DNA of 64,000 nt from Dehalococcoidia bacterium (GTDB taxonomy: Bacteria; Chloroflexota; Dehalococcoidia; Lucifugimonadales; UBA6952): the NCBI GenBank assembly GCA_045562575.1, contig JBJKVQ010000018.1, positions 17,895 through 81,894 on the forward strand. Reading direction: 5' to 3'. Below are positions 46,397 through 57,179 of this stretch, in pieces. The position numbers were made by a program, and so were the translations under genes. Below the pieces are notes generated by a model. It was not told the origin of the DNA. It searched no databases and saw only the letters and a program-made list of their open reading frames with translations. The first letter of the stretch is position 1; each line of letters opens with the position of its first letter.

Positions 46397-47719
46397 ATGA
46401 CTAAACAGTTTCCATATATTGGGAATAGTGAAATAGAGCAGAAAGAAATTCTGGATTATCTAGGCGTTAAATCTGCAGAAGATTTATTTGTAGATATACC
46501 AATCGAATATAGAGATAGTAATCTTTCAGATGTTCCTTCAAGTATGTCAGAAATGGAACTAGTAGATCATTTAAATTTATTATCCGAAAAAAATATAAAT
46601 CTTAATCCTTCAAAATCATTTATTGGAGCTGGTGCTTATCATCATTATATTCCATCAACAGTTCTATCTTTATCACAACGTGGAGAATTTCTAACTTCTT
46701 ATACTCCTTATCAAGCGGAAGTCAGCCAGGGAACTTTACAAGTTACTTATGAATTACAAAGCCTAATCAGTGAATTGTACGGAATGGACGTAGCTAATGC
46801 AGGAATGTACGAGGGTGGTTCAAGTTTGGCGGAAGCAGCTTTGATGGCATGTAGAGTTAAAAATATATATAAAGTTGCATGTTTGTCTTCTATATCTCCT
46901 AGATATAAAAATGTTTTACAATCCTATTTAATTCCACAATCCATAGAACTAGTATTCATGGATGCTAATAATTTAGATATTAAAGAAAATGAATATGCTT
47001 GTTTGATTGTTCAATACCCAAATTTTTATGGGTCTCTTGAAGATATGGAATATCTGCAAGATATATCTCATAAATCTAATGCATTATTCGTTGTGTCAGC
47101 TGATCCATTAGCAGCAGTTATGTATAAGGCTCCAGGAGATTATGGAGCAGATATAGTAGTTGGAGAAGGACAAAGACTAGGTATACCAATATCATATGGT
47201 GGCCCTTATATTGGTCTTTTTGCCTGTAAAAGTGAATACCTTCGTCAAATGCCTGGCCGTATCGTAGGAAAAACAATTGATAAGAAAGGTGACCCTGCTT
47301 TTGTGTTAACTTTACAAACACGTGAACAGCATATCAGAAGAGAAAAAGCTACTTCAAATATATGCACTAGTGAAGCTCTGATGGGGTTAATGATGACCAT
47401 ATATGTAGCAACCCTTGGTAAGTCTGGATTGAAGCAAGTTGCTTCTTCTTGCTTCCATAATGCTCACTATGCAGCTGACCAGATTTCAAAAATTGATGGT
47501 TTTGATTTGATTAATTCCAAACCTTTTTTCAATGAATTTGTTATTACTTGTCCAATTTCTCCAAAAGCAATTAACAAAAAACTTATTGAACTAGGAATTA
47601 TTGGAGGATTAGACGTAAGTGATCAATTCAATAATGGAATATTGTTTTGCTTTACTGAAATACATTCTAAAGATTCTATTGATTCTTTAGTAGAAAGTCT
47701 TAAACAGGTTAATATATAG
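46397..47719 (+). CDS. gcvPA: Glycine dehydrogenase (decarboxylating) subunit 1
   Basis: 440 aa in the conserved order after gcvH. Contains SYTPYQAEVSQGTLQ. Confidence 0.93.
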   Translation: MTKQFPYIGNSEIEQKEILDYLGVKSAEDLFVDIPIEYRDSNLSDVPSSMSEMELVDHLNLLSEKNINLNPSKSFIGAGAYHHYIPSTVLSLSQRGEFLTSYTPYQAEVSQGTLQVTYELQSLISELYGMDVANAGMYEGGSSLAEAALMACRVKNIYKVACLSSISPRYKNVLQSYLIPQSIELVFMDANNLDIKENEYACLIVQYPNFYGSLEDMEYLQDISHKSNALFVVSADPLAAVMYKAPGDYGADIVVGEGQRLGIPISYGGPYIGLFACKSEYLRQMPGRIVGKTIDKKGDPAFVLTLQTREQHIRREKATSNICTSEALMGLMMTIYVATLGKSGLKQVASSCFHNAHYAADQISKIDGFDLINSKPFFNEFVITCPISPKAINKKLIELGIIGGLDVSDQFNNGILFCFTEIHSKDSIDSLVESLKQVNI

Positions 47720-47729
47720 GAAACCTAAT

Positions 47730-49187
47730 ATGAGTGAATATAATAAAATGCCTTTATTGATGGATTTGAGTAGGAAGGATAAATTTGGAGTAAGTTTATC
47801 CGAAATTGATGTTCCTTTATCTGATCTACCAGAATCCTCACTTTTGCGTGAAGATATACAACTACCAGAATTGTCGCAATTGGATGTTGTTCGTTACTTT
47901 ACAAATTTAAGTCAAATGAATTATGCAATTGACACTCAATTTTATCCTTTAGGCAGTTGTACTATGAAATATAACCCTAAAATTAATGATCAATTAGCAT
48001 CTCTAAAAGGATTTAGTAGTATTCATCCTTTAATTGAAGAATCATTGGTACAAGGTTCATTAGAATTGATGTTTAATTTACAAAGTTATCTATCTAATAT
48101 TTCAGGAATGACTGCTACAAGTTTATCTACTATGGCTGGTGCTCAGGGAGAATTAGCCGGAGTGTTAATGATAAAAGCTTTTCATGAGAAACAAACTAGT
48201 TCTTCAAAACGAAATATTATGTTAATACCTGATAGTGCTCATGGAACAAATCCAGCGTCTGCATCAATGGCTGGTTTTTTAGTAAAATCTATTCCATCAG
48301 ATCAATATGGGAATATGGATATAGATATTCTAAAAGAAAATGCTAACGAAAACTTAGCAGGCATTATGTTGACTCTTCCCAGTACACTAGGTTTGTTTGA
48401 TAATCAGATAGTGGAGATCTGTAAGATTGTGCATGAAGCTGGTGGCTTAGTTTATGGTGATGGTGCGAATATGAATGCCTGGATGGGGCAAACAAAATTA
48501 GGTGATCTGGGGTTTGACGTAATTCACATAAATCTTCATAAAACTTTTAGTACACCACATGGTGGTGGTGGACCTGGAGCAGGCCCAGTTTGTGTGAATG
48601 ATACCTTGCTAAATTATCTTCCGGGTCCAATTGTACAACGAAATAATAGCTTATATGAATTTATAGAAATGCCAAATACCATAGGTCACTTAGGTACTTT
48701 TCATGGAAATTTCGGTGTGTTAGTAAGAGCTTATTGTTACATTAGGGCTTTAGGCAATGAGGGTATCCCTGAAGTAAGTAAAAATGCTGTAATGAATGCT
48801 AATTATATTATGAATAAATTAAAACATGCATATGATATAGGATTCGAAAATAGATCTATATGTATGCATGAAGTCGTTTTTACAGCTAGAAAACAAAAAC
48901 AAAATGGAGTAAAAGGTTTAGATATAGCTAAAAGATTATTAGATTATGGTTATCATTCACCTACTATGTATTTCCCCCTAATTGTCGATGAAGCATTAAT
49001 GGTCGAACCAACTGAGTCGGAGTCAAAAAATACTTTGGATAAATTTATAGATGCTATGTTGCAAATAGCGATTGAATGTGAAAATAATACTGAGTTATTA
49101 CATGAAGCACCCCATAATACACCAGTCCAAAGACTAGATGAAGCCTTAGCTGCTCGACAACCTAATCTCAAGTGGTCTGAAAAATAA
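47730..49187 (+). CDS. gcvPB: Glycine dehydrogenase (decarboxylating) subunit 2
   Basis: 485 aa with the PLP-Lys region HINLHKTFSTPHGGGGPG. Confidence 0.93.
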   Translation: MSEYNKMPLLMDLSRKDKFGVSLSEIDVPLSDLPESSLLREDIQLPELSQLDVVRYFTNLSQMNYAIDTQFYPLGSCTMKYNPKINDQLASLKGFSSIHPLIEESLVQGSLELMFNLQSYLSNISGMTATSLSTMAGAQGELAGVLMIKAFHEKQTSSSKRNIMLIPDSAHGTNPASASMAGFLVKSIPSDQYGNMDIDILKENANENLAGIMLTLPSTLGLFDNQIVEICKIVHEAGGLVYGDGANMNAWMGQTKLGDLGFDVIHINLHKTFSTPHGGGGPGAGPVCVNDTLLNYLPGPIVQRNNSLYEFIEMPNTIGHLGTFHGNFGVLVRAYCYIRALGNEGIPEVSKNAVMNANYIMNKLKHAYDIGFENRSICMHEVVFTARKQKQNGVKGLDIAKRLLDYGYHSPTMYFPLIVDEALMVEPTESESKNTLDKFIDAMLQIAIECENNTELLHEAPHNTPVQRLDEALAARQPNLKWSEK

Positions 49188-49196
49188 TGATGTTTT

Positions 49197-49556
49197 ATGA
49201 AAAAAAATGTTGAAAATGAAATTGAAGAACTGTTAGCTCAGATCGAACATAAATATCCCTCAAATAATGCTTCTGATTCTAATTTCATTTTGTCAATATT
49301 AAAAAAACTTAAAATATTAAAACTTTTTAGTGGGATATTAACAATTACTTTATCTACTTTATTGATCACTAATGGCGTGATATCAATAGAACCTGTAATT
49401 ATATTCTGCGTCCTCTTTTTTATATTTTTGATAGGTTATAAAACCTTAGGGAAATATAATCGACCAGCAAAGCGATGGAGGGGAGAAGTAATTGATGATT
49501 ATTATAATAAAAAATCTATTTCTCAAATAATAAAGTCTTTTTTTATCAAAAGTTGA
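49197..49556 (+). CDS. Hypothetical membrane protein
   Basis: 119-aa ORF with two central TM helices. No family recognised. Confidence 0.5.
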   Translation: MKKNVENEIEELLAQIEHKYPSNNASDSNFILSILKKLKILKLFSGILTITLSTLLITNGVISIEPVIIFCVLFFIFLIGYKTLGKYNRPAKRWRGEVIDDYYNKKSISQIIKSFFIKS

Positions 49557-49558
49557 TA

Positions 49559-49999
49559 TTATCCTAAAAGTCCAAAACCACGCTTACGTATTGCAAGATT
49601 AACGAATGTTTCTGATCTTTTAATGCCTGGGGCTGTTGCAATACTTGTTCGTAATAGTTTACCTAATTCTTCTGTAGATGAGACTGCAACCCAAATAAAT
49701 ATATCAAATGTCCCAGTAGTTAATGCTACATATTGAGTTTCTTGTAAATTTGATAAATAATTTGCGACTTCATCTACTTTGTCAGGATCACTTTCAATTC
49801 CAATTATTGCAACAGTATTATACCCAATCTTTTGTGGATCAGGTATTGCCATTATCCGCACAGTTTCATTTTGAATTAGTTTTCTTATTCTTCGGCGTAT
49901 GGTACCTTCGCTTACATTTAAATCTCTTGCAATTTCTGCATTAGAGATTCTACCATTGTCACGGAGTATTTGAATTATCTTTTCATCTAATCTGTCCAT
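49559..49999 (-). CDS. lrp: Lrp/AsnC family transcriptional regulator
   Basis: MDRLDEKIIQILRDNGRISNAEIARDLNVSEGTIRRR is the canonical Lrp/AsnC HTH. The ATG at 49999 fits the family N-terminus and the AAGGA spacing better than 50011. Confidence 0.88.
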   Translation of the reverse strand: MDRLDEKIIQILRDNGRISNAEIARDLNVSEGTIRRRIRKLIQNETVRIMAIPDPQKIGYNTVAIIGIESDPDKVDEVANYLSNLQETQYVALTTGTFDIFIWVAVSSTEELGKLLRTSIATAPGIKRSETFVNLAIRKRGFGLLG

Positions 50000-50013
50000 T
50001 ATTTTGCACATCC

Positions 50014-50061
50014 TTTTTGTATAATTGTGTGATTATTATCACAATATTAATTATACAAAAA
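50014..50061. promoter_or_regulatory. Long imperfect palindrome immediately upstream of lrp
   Basis: Outer arms TTTTTGTATAATT (50014-50026) and AATTATACAAAAA (50049-50061). Inner arms TGTGAT (50028-33) and ATCACA (50038-43). Confidence 0.5.
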
Positions 50062-50139
50062 GTTGTTGAAAATAACAATAATCTAGTTAATATGAAACTT
50101 ATTTGTTAGCATTGTTAACGATTTTCGTACAGATATACT

Positions 50140-50544
50140 TTAGGAATTCACCCATGAAGCACTATTTTCGAAGAATTCTTTTTTCCAAATTGGCACATCT
50201 TTTTTTAGTCGATTAACAATATATTGAATTGATTCAAAAGAGGCTTGTCTGTGTGTAGAAGAAACTGCTACAACTAAACTAGTTTCACCTATACCAACAA
50301 TTCCTATACGATGAGCGATAATAATATCGTGTATTTCCCATTTTTCAAAAATTTCTTTTTCAATTTCTTCTAGCATTAATTTAGCCATTGGTTCGTAGCA
50401 TTCATATTCTAATTTTGTTACTTTTTGCCCCTCAGTATATTCTCTAGTTACACCTTCAAAAACCAAAATAGAACCACAAGAATCTTTTGTTAACTCTTGT
50501 TTGTATTTATTTGTTTCTAATACATTACTTGTTATATATATCAA
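50140..50544 (-). CDS. moaE: Molybdopterin synthase catalytic subunit MoaE
   Basis: 134 aa with GSILVFEGVTRE...HRIGIVGIGETSLVVAVSSTHR...PIWKKE. Confidence 0.9.
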   Translation of the reverse strand: MIYITSNVLETNKYKQELTKDSCGSILVFEGVTREYTEGQKVTKLEYECYEPMAKLMLEEIEKEIFEKWEIHDIIIAHRIGIVGIGETSLVVAVSSTHRQASFESIQYIVNRLKKDVPIWKKEFFENSASWVNS

Positions 50545-50555
50545 ATTATTTCCTT

Positions 50556-50801
50556 TTATCCTCCGCTTGCAGGTGGAATCAATGCTATTTCATCATCATT
50601 GTGTAATTTATAGCTATCTTCTACATATGTCATATTAACAGCTATCATAATGCTTTCAAAGTAAGGGGTTATATTAGGTATTTCTTTTTTTAATACACCA
50701 ATTATGTCAATAACAGTAGATGTTTCAGGCACATCCAATTGTATAGATGATCGTTTTGCTATTTCTTTTAGATTTGCAAATAGAAGTATATTTATTTTCA
50801 A
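50556..50801 (-). CDS. moaD: Molybdopterin synthase sulfur carrier MoaD
   Basis: 81 aa with a ubiquitin-like fold, ending in the diagnostic GG (PPASGG). Confidence 0.88.
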   Translation of the reverse strand: MKINILLFANLKEIAKRSSIQLDVPETSTVIDIIGVLKKEIPNITPYFESIMIAVNMTYVEDSYKLHNDDEIALIPPASGG

Positions 50802-51006
50802 TTTGACACTCTTACAATAACTGACATAGATTTTGGTTGATTTATTATAATATTAAGCCCTATATAAAGCAAAAAATACCATATTAAACTAATTTTTTTA
50901 CTTTCTTGTTTACATAGCTCTAATATTGTTTTTTCGAATTTAGATTGTTAAAAAACAAGTGAAATAGTAATATTATTTAATCTACACATTACTAGGAGAA
51001 ATTTAA

Positions 51007-54000
51007 ATGTTTGAACCCGTTAATTCTAGACCAGATTTTATAGGTCTTGAATATGAGATGATGAAATTCTGGGATAAAGAAAGTATCGTTGAGAAATACT
51101 TAAATAAAAATAACGATGCTGATAAGAAGTATTCATTTATTGATGGTCCTATCACTGCAAATAATCCTATGGGAGTCCATCATGCATGGGGGAGAACATA
51201 CAAAGATTTATATCAACGATATAAAACAATGCAGGGATATGAGCAAAGGTATCAAAATGGATTCGATGGGCAAGGTCTGTGGATAGAAGTTGAAGTGGAA
51301 AAAGAACTTGGTTTTAAATCTAAAAAAGATATCGAAAAATTTGGTGTTGATAAATTTGTCGAATTATGCAAACAAAGAGTTGACAAGTTTTCGGCGATTC
51401 AAACAAAACAATCTATCCGTTTAGGTTATTGGATGGATTGGGATAACTCTTATCATACAAAATCAGATGAAAATAATTACACTATTTGGCATTTTTTAAA
51501 AGTTTGTTATGAAAAAGGATTACTATACGAAGGTAATGATGTAATGCCCTGGTGTAGAAGATGTGGGACTGGTTTATCAGAACATGAAATTGTTACCGAG
51601 GGTTATCAAGAAGTAACTCACAAAAGTGTATTTGTAAAATTTAAAATACAAAATACAGATAATGAATATTTAATAATTTGGACGACTACACCTTGGACGC
51701 TACCTGCAAATATTGCTGCTGCTGTAAATCCAGAATCAACATATATTAAAGTCGAACAAAATCAAGAATATTATTATATTGCCCAAAATGCTGTTTCCTT
51801 TTTGAAAGGACCATATGAAATCATTGAGGAAATTAAAGGAGAGACATTAGTAGGAATAGAGTATATCGGCCCTTTTGATAACCTTTCTATTCAGAAAGAT
51901 GTTATTCATAGAGTTATTCCATGGGAAGAGGTTGGTGATGAAGGAACAGGTATTGTTCATATTGCTCCCGGTGCAGGTAAAGAAGATTACGCTTTAGGTA
52001 AAAAATATAATTTAACTACTATAGCCCCGATAGATGATTCTGGAGATTATGTAGATGGATTTGATAAATATACTGGTATGAACGTATCTACAGTAAACGA
52101 TACTATATTCAGTGACTTAAAAGAAAAAAGTATCTTATACAAAATAGAACAGATTAAACACAGATATCCTGTTTGTTGGAGATGTGGTGAAGAATTAGTA
52201 TTTCGTTTAGTTTCAGAATGGTTTATTTCAGTTGACCCATTTCGACAACAAATTATGGATGTTACTCGAAAAATTAGATGGATTCCAGAATTCGGATTAG
52301 CAAGAGAATTAGACTGGTTAAAAAATATGGATGACTGGATGATTTCGAAAAAACGGTATTATGGACTAGCTCTTCCAATTTATAAATGTGAAGAATGTAA
52401 TGAATTTGAGGTTATAGGATCAGAATATGAACTGAAAGAAAGATCAATTGAGGGATGGGATTTATTTGAAGGACATTCTCCACATAAACCTTGGGTTGAT
52501 TATGTAAAAATTGAATGTAAAAATTGTAAATCAGTATTATCTAGAATCAAGGATGTAGGAAATCCATGGCTGGATGCAGGTATTGTTCCTTATTCTACTT
52601 TGAAGTACAGATCGGATAAAGATTATTGGAGTAAATGGTTTCCAGCAGACTGGATTTCTGAAAGTTTTCCAGGGCAATTTAGAAATTGGTTTTACTCTAT
52701 GTTAGCTATGAGTACTGTTTTAGAGAATACAGAGCCTTATCAAAATGTATTTAGTTATGCTTTAATGCGAGACGAAAAAGGCTATGAAATGCATAAAAGT
52801 AAGGGTAATGCTATATGGTTTGAGGATGCAGCAGATGACATGGGTGTTGATTCTATGCGATGGTTATATTCGCGTCAGAACCCAGCTAATAATCTTAATT
52901 TTGGTTTTAATGTTGCTAATGAAGTAAAGAGAAGATTTCTAATTCCTTTGTGGAATGTATATTCATTTTTTGTAACTTATGCAAATATTGATAATTTCAT
53001 TCCCTCTTTAGAAAACCGAAAATATACAAATTATTTAGATCGATGGATCATTTCAGAACTCAATGAATTAGTAGAATTTGTGACTAATAACTTAGATAAC
53101 TATGATTCTGCAGCAGCAAGTTATAAAGTCGAAGAATTTATAGAATTATTATCAAATTGGTATGTAAGAAGAAACCGAAGAAGGTTTTGGAAATCTGAAA
53201 ATGATGAAGATAAACAGTATGCATATCAGGCTTTATATGATTGCTTATACACATTATGTCATTTATTGGCTCCATTTATGCCATTTATTACTGATAAAAT
53301 CTACCAGAATCTTGTTCGTTCACATAATAATCAAACCCCAAGTAGTGTTCACCTTGGTGAATGGCCTATAGCTGATAAAAATCTTATTGATCCTAATTTA
53401 TCCTCACAAGTAAGATTATCGAAAACTCTTGTAAGTTTGGGGAGATCAGTTCGCCAAAAAACAGGTATAAGAGTTAGGCAGCCCATTTCACAAATTATTA
53501 TTTCAGGAGCATTTATTTCTGATAATGAGTTACAGGATTATATGAATCAACAGATTAGTGAAGAACTAAACGTAAAAGAAGTTGTTTTTGATAATCAAAT
53601 CGAAGGAATATTTAAATATATTGTCAATTTAAGGTATGACTTATTAGGTCCTAGATTAGGCAATGATATTAATCGTGTTTCTGATAGTCTAAAAATTATG
53701 GATACTGATTTGGTTGCGAGAGAAGCAATATCCAAAGGGTATGTGGAAATTGATGATATAAAGATCGATAAGGATGAATTCAATATCCAGATTGAGGATA
53801 TTAGTCACTTTTCTTCTATATATGAAAATAATTATGTAGTCTCTCTTAATACTACGTTGGATGAAAATTTGATTAATGAAGGAATAGCAAGAGAATTTAT
53901 TCATTATATACAGAATATTCGCAAAGAAGTAGGGTTCAATATCGAAGATCGTATAAATATTGAGTTTGAAGGGGATAAAGAATTAACCAGTGCAATATTA

Positions 54001-54132
54001 CAATTTGAAAATTATATTAGCTCAGAGACTTTAGCTTTAAATATACAAGAATCAAATATTGAAGAAAATAGTGGTTTCAAGTCAACCATTCTAGGAAAAG
54101 ATATTAGTTTAAATATTTCTAAGATACTTTAA
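51007..54132 (+). CDS. ileS: Isoleucine--tRNA ligase (long, type-2-like form)
   Basis: 1041 aa with a HIGH-like motif (PMGVHHAWGR), a KMSKS-like motif (MHKSKGNA) and editing-domain blocks. Confidence 0.95.
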   Translation: MFEPVNSRPDFIGLEYEMMKFWDKESIVEKYLNKNNDADKKYSFIDGPITANNPMGVHHAWGRTYKDLYQRYKTMQGYEQRYQNGFDGQGLWIEVEVEKELGFKSKKDIEKFGVDKFVELCKQRVDKFSAIQTKQSIRLGYWMDWDNSYHTKSDENNYTIWHFLKVCYEKGLLYEGNDVMPWCRRCGTGLSEHEIVTEGYQEVTHKSVFVKFKIQNTDNEYLIIWTTTPWTLPANIAAAVNPESTYIKVEQNQEYYYIAQNAVSFLKGPYEIIEEIKGETLVGIEYIGPFDNLSIQKDVIHRVIPWEEVGDEGTGIVHIAPGAGKEDYALGKKYNLTTIAPIDDSGDYVDGFDKYTGMNVSTVNDTIFSDLKEKSILYKIEQIKHRYPVCWRCGEELVFRLVSEWFISVDPFRQQIMDVTRKIRWIPEFGLARELDWLKNMDDWMISKKRYYGLALPIYKCEECNEFEVIGSEYELKERSIEGWDLFEGHSPHKPWVDYVKIECKNCKSVLSRIKDVGNPWLDAGIVPYSTLKYRSDKDYWSKWFPADWISESFPGQFRNWFYSMLAMSTVLENTEPYQNVFSYALMRDEKGYEMHKSKGNAIWFEDAADDMGVDSMRWLYSRQNPANNLNFGFNVANEVKRRFLIPLWNVYSFFVTYANIDNFIPSLENRKYTNYLDRWIISELNELVEFVTNNLDNYDSAAASYKVEEFIELLSNWYVRRNRRRFWKSENDEDKQYAYQALYDCLYTLCHLLAPFMPFITDKIYQNLVRSHNNQTPSSVHLGEWPIADKNLIDPNLSSQVRLSKTLVSLGRSVRQKTGIRVRQPISQIIISGAFISDNELQDYMNQQISEELNVKEVVFDNQIEGIFKYIVNLRYDLLGPRLGNDINRVSDSLKIMDTDLVAREAISKGYVEIDDIKIDKDEFNIQIEDISHFSSIYENNYVVSLNTTLDENLINEGIAREFIHYIQNIRKEVGFNIEDRINIEFEGDKELTSAILQFENYISSETLALNIQESNIEENSGFKSTILGKDISLNISKIL

Positions 54133-54142
54133 AAAATCAGTA

Positions 54143-55330
54143 TTACAATCTAGGTTGTTCTTCTAAAGTTATTAATATATTTTGCGAAATTTTATCTCGG
54201 ATAATTGTCACAATTATTTCTTGACCAATCGATAGATAACCTGTTTGCCGTAATGTTTGTAATTCTTTAACATTTCTAATAGGTTTTTCGTCAATTGCTA
54301 CTATAATATCATTCGCTAGAAGTCCGCCTTTTTCAGCAGGCCCATTAGGAGAAATAGATCTAATTAATACACCTTCGGTAACATTAAGGTCAAGTTCATC
54401 AATATTCTGCAAATCGATGTCTTGAGCCCCTATACCGATCCAAGGCCATATAACTTTGCCATTTTGAATCAATTGTTGCATTATTGTAGCTGCTGTTTCA
54501 GAACTTATTGCAAATCCAATACCATCTGTACTTGTTTCAACATATTTTATTGTATTAATACCTATGACATCTCCATTTAAGTTTAATAAGGGGCCACCAC
54601 TGTTGCCTGGATTGATTACTGCGTCTGTTTGAATTAGTTCAGTTAAATATGTGCTATCAATAGCTAGTTCTCTTTCTAAGGCACTTACTATACCTAATGT
54701 AACAGTCGGTTCACCTTCCAGACCAATAGCATTTCCAATAGCTACGACCCAATCTCCAACACGGAGGTTATTATTAGGGGATATTGATAATGGTTTTAAC
54801 CCAGATTTATCAACTTTAATTACTGCTAGGTCAGTAAGAGGGTCTTGCCCAATCAATTCAGCTTCGGATTGAGTTTCATCATAAAAAGAGACGGTTATGG
54901 TATTAGCTAGATCTACTACATGACTGTTAGTTAATATATATCCATCTTCTGAGATGATAATTCCACTTCCTGCACCGTCACTATCTTGTCTACCAAAAAA
55001 CGTATTTTGAGTACTGCTAATTACAATTGAGACAACTCCTGGTCTCGCTACTTCAACCATATTGGCAATTGAGGGTAGGACATTGGGAGTAGCTAGGCTG
55101 GAAGTATTGTCGTTTGTATTTGTATTGTTAGCAATTGAATTTTTAAGTGTTTGTAATTCATTTCTAATACTACTTATTTCATTTAAAAGTTGTTTATTTT
55201 CTTCAACTTCTTGTAATTCTTGTTTTTCGTTGTCTTTATTCTCATCATTGGATCGCAAGGAGTTACAACTAATAATTGTAGTGGACATAACTAATATTAA
55301 GAGGGTGATTATATATTTTTGTAGGTTCAT
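54143..55330 (-). CDS. htrA: HtrA/DegP-family serine protease with a PDZ domain
   Basis: Signal/anchor helix and the catalytic triad context TNSHVV...D.AV...GNSGGPL, plus a C-terminal PDZ domain. Confidence 0.9.
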   Translation of the reverse strand: MNLQKYIITLLILVMSTTIISCNSLRSNDENKDNEKQELQEVEENKQLLNEISSIRNELQTLKNSIANNTNTNDNTSSLATPNVLPSIANMVEVARPGVVSIVISSTQNTFFGRQDSDGAGSGIIISEDGYILTNSHVVDLANTITVSFYDETQSEAELIGQDPLTDLAVIKVDKSGLKPLSISPNNNLRVGDWVVAIGNAIGLEGEPTVTLGIVSALERELAIDSTYLTELIQTDAVINPGNSGGPLLNLNGDVIGINTIKYVETSTDGIGFAISSETAATIMQQLIQNGKVIWPWIGIGAQDIDLQNIDELDLNVTEGVLIRSISPNGPAEKGGLLANDIIVAIDEKPIRNVKELQTLRQTGYLSIGQEIIVTIIRDKISQNILITLEEQPRL

Positions 55331-55369
55331 GTGTTTGTTTTTCTTTATTTATAATTATAAACGAGTTTT

Positions 55370-56089
55370 TTAATTATTTGTCAGAGCTTTGTTTTGGATA
55401 TCTACAAGATAATCTATCCCACTTGCTCCAAGTTTGATCATTTCATTTGCTGTATTTATTGAAAATGGAGATTGTTCTGCTGTACCTTGAATTTCAATAA
55501 TTTCATGATTATTTGTCATCACTATATTCATATCTACATCAGCAATACTATCTTCTTCGTAACATAAATCTAATAGTATATTGTTTTTTACAATTCCTAC
55601 ACTTATAGCAGCTAATTGAGATTTTAATGGATTTTGTTCTAAATCTTTTTCAAGAATCATTTTATCAAATGCTTTACATATGGCAACATAAGAGCCTGTG
55701 ATTGCGGCAGTTCTTGTCCCTCCATCAGCTTGAAGTACGTCACAATCAATATATATCGTACGTTCACCAATTATAGTTAAATCGGTTATAGCTCTCAGTG
55801 ACCTACCTATTAAGCGTTGGATTTCTTGTGAACGACCTTTTGGACGATTACTTGATTCCCTTTGTGTTCTGGTATGTGTTGATCTCGGTAACATAGAGTA
55901 CTCTGCAGTTATCCATCCTTTTCCGGTAGAACGTAAAAATGTAGGCACTGTATTTTCAATAGATACAGCACAAATTATTTTTGTAGAGCCAACCTCAATT
56001 AATACTGAACCTTCAGCATATTCTTGTATGTTATGTGATATCTGAGTCTTTCGAGGTTCATTTGCACCTCTACCGTCTTTTCTTTCCAC
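55370..56089 (-). CDS. rph: Ribonuclease PH
   Basis: RKDGRGANEPR...GKGWITAEYSMLPRST...DCDVLQADGGTRTAAITG. Confidence 0.95.
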   Translation of the reverse strand: MERKDGRGANEPRKTQISHNIQEYAEGSVLIEVGSTKIICAVSIENTVPTFLRSTGKGWITAEYSMLPRSTHTRTQRESSNRPKGRSQEIQRLIGRSLRAITDLTIIGERTIYIDCDVLQADGGTRTAAITGSYVAICKAFDKMILEKDLEQNPLKSQLAAISVGIVKNNILLDLCYEEDSIADVDMNIVMTNNHEIIEIQGTAEQSPFSINTANEMIKLGASGIDYLVDIQNKALTNN

Positions 56090-56257
56090 CTATTTCTCCT
56101 TGTGTTATCTTAATTTAATTATACCGATAAAGCTGAAAAAATGGTATCTTCACCTTTTTGTTCATTATTGTTCGTATGTATTATTTTGTTGTTTCTTTAA
56201 AACATGATATTATTTATAACCACGGTAAATTCGATTGTTGTTGAAAGGAGCAATAAT

Positions 56258-57175
56258 ATGCCTGAAATAGCTTTTCACAAAGGTGAGTTTGTACCTTTGA
56301 AAGATGCATCAGTAGGAGTGATGACGCATGCTTTACATTATGGTACCGCTGTGTTTGAAGGTATTAGAGGTAATTGGAATGAAGAAGATGAATCTACATA
56401 CATCTTTCGACTTAAAGAACATTACGAACGCCTTTTATCAGGCTGTAAATTAATGAGAATAAAAGTTCCTTATACAGTTGAGGAAATGTGTAATATTACG
56501 AAAGAATTAGTAGAAAAATGCGAATATAACCAAGATGTTTATATTAGACCTTTGGCTTACAAAGGGGCTGAACGTGTAGCGTATTTAGATCTTAGTAAAC
56601 TCGAGGATGATGGATTTACAATTGTAGTTGTTCCTCTGGGAGATTATTTAGATACTGAAAAAGCTGTAAAATGTTGTACCTCTTCGTATCGGAGGATGGA
56701 AGATTATATAATACCACCACATTTAAAAATCAGTGGTTTGTATGTAAATAGTATTCTTGCAAAAACTGAAGCCATAGTAGCAGGATTTGATGAAGCTATC
56801 TTGCTAAATCAACAAGGTCGAGTTTCTGAAGGTACAGGAGAAAATATTTTTATATTTAGAAACGGGGTATTATCTACTCCTCCATTAATAGATAACCTAC
56901 TACCAGGTATTACTCGAGATTGTGTAGTAGACATAGTAAAAAACGAACTAGGCTTTGATGTTGAAGAAAGAAGTATTCCAAGGTCTGAGTTGTATCTAGC
57001 AGATGAAATCTTTTTGACAGGTACAGCTGCTCATGTTCAAGGAGTGGGTTCTATTGATAATCATGATATTGGTGATGGTCAAATGGGCCCATTAACACGC
57101 CAAATACAATCCTTGTATTTTGATATTGTGACAGGTCGGAATATTAAATATAGTCATTGGTGTACTAAAGCATAA
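56258..57175 (+). CDS. ilvE: Branched-chain amino acid aminotransferase
   Basis: Fold-type IV blocks (HALHYGTAVFEGIR, EGTGENIF). I prefer the ATG at 56258 (AAAGGAG upstream) to 56204. Confidence 0.9.
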   Translation: MPEIAFHKGEFVPLKDASVGVMTHALHYGTAVFEGIRGNWNEEDESTYIFRLKEHYERLLSGCKLMRIKVPYTVEEMCNITKELVEKCEYNQDVYIRPLAYKGAERVAYLDLSKLEDDGFTIVVVPLGDYLDTEKAVKCCTSSYRRMEDYIIPPHLKISGLYVNSILAKTEAIVAGFDEAILLNQQGRVSEGTGENIFIFRNGVLSTPPLIDNLLPGITRDCVVDIVKNELGFDVEERSIPRSELYLADEIFLTGTAAHVQGVGSIDNHDIGDGQMGPLTRQIQSLYFDIVTGRNIKYSHWCTKA

Positions 57176-57179
57176 ATAA

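Noticed and set aside
50802-51006. Possible T-box leader upstream of ileS, which is common in Gram-positive lineages.
   Set aside because: I found no T-box consensus (AATTAGGGTGGTACCGCG-like) and no specifier/terminator architecture in the 205-nt AT-rich leader. An Infernal scan would be the definitive test.
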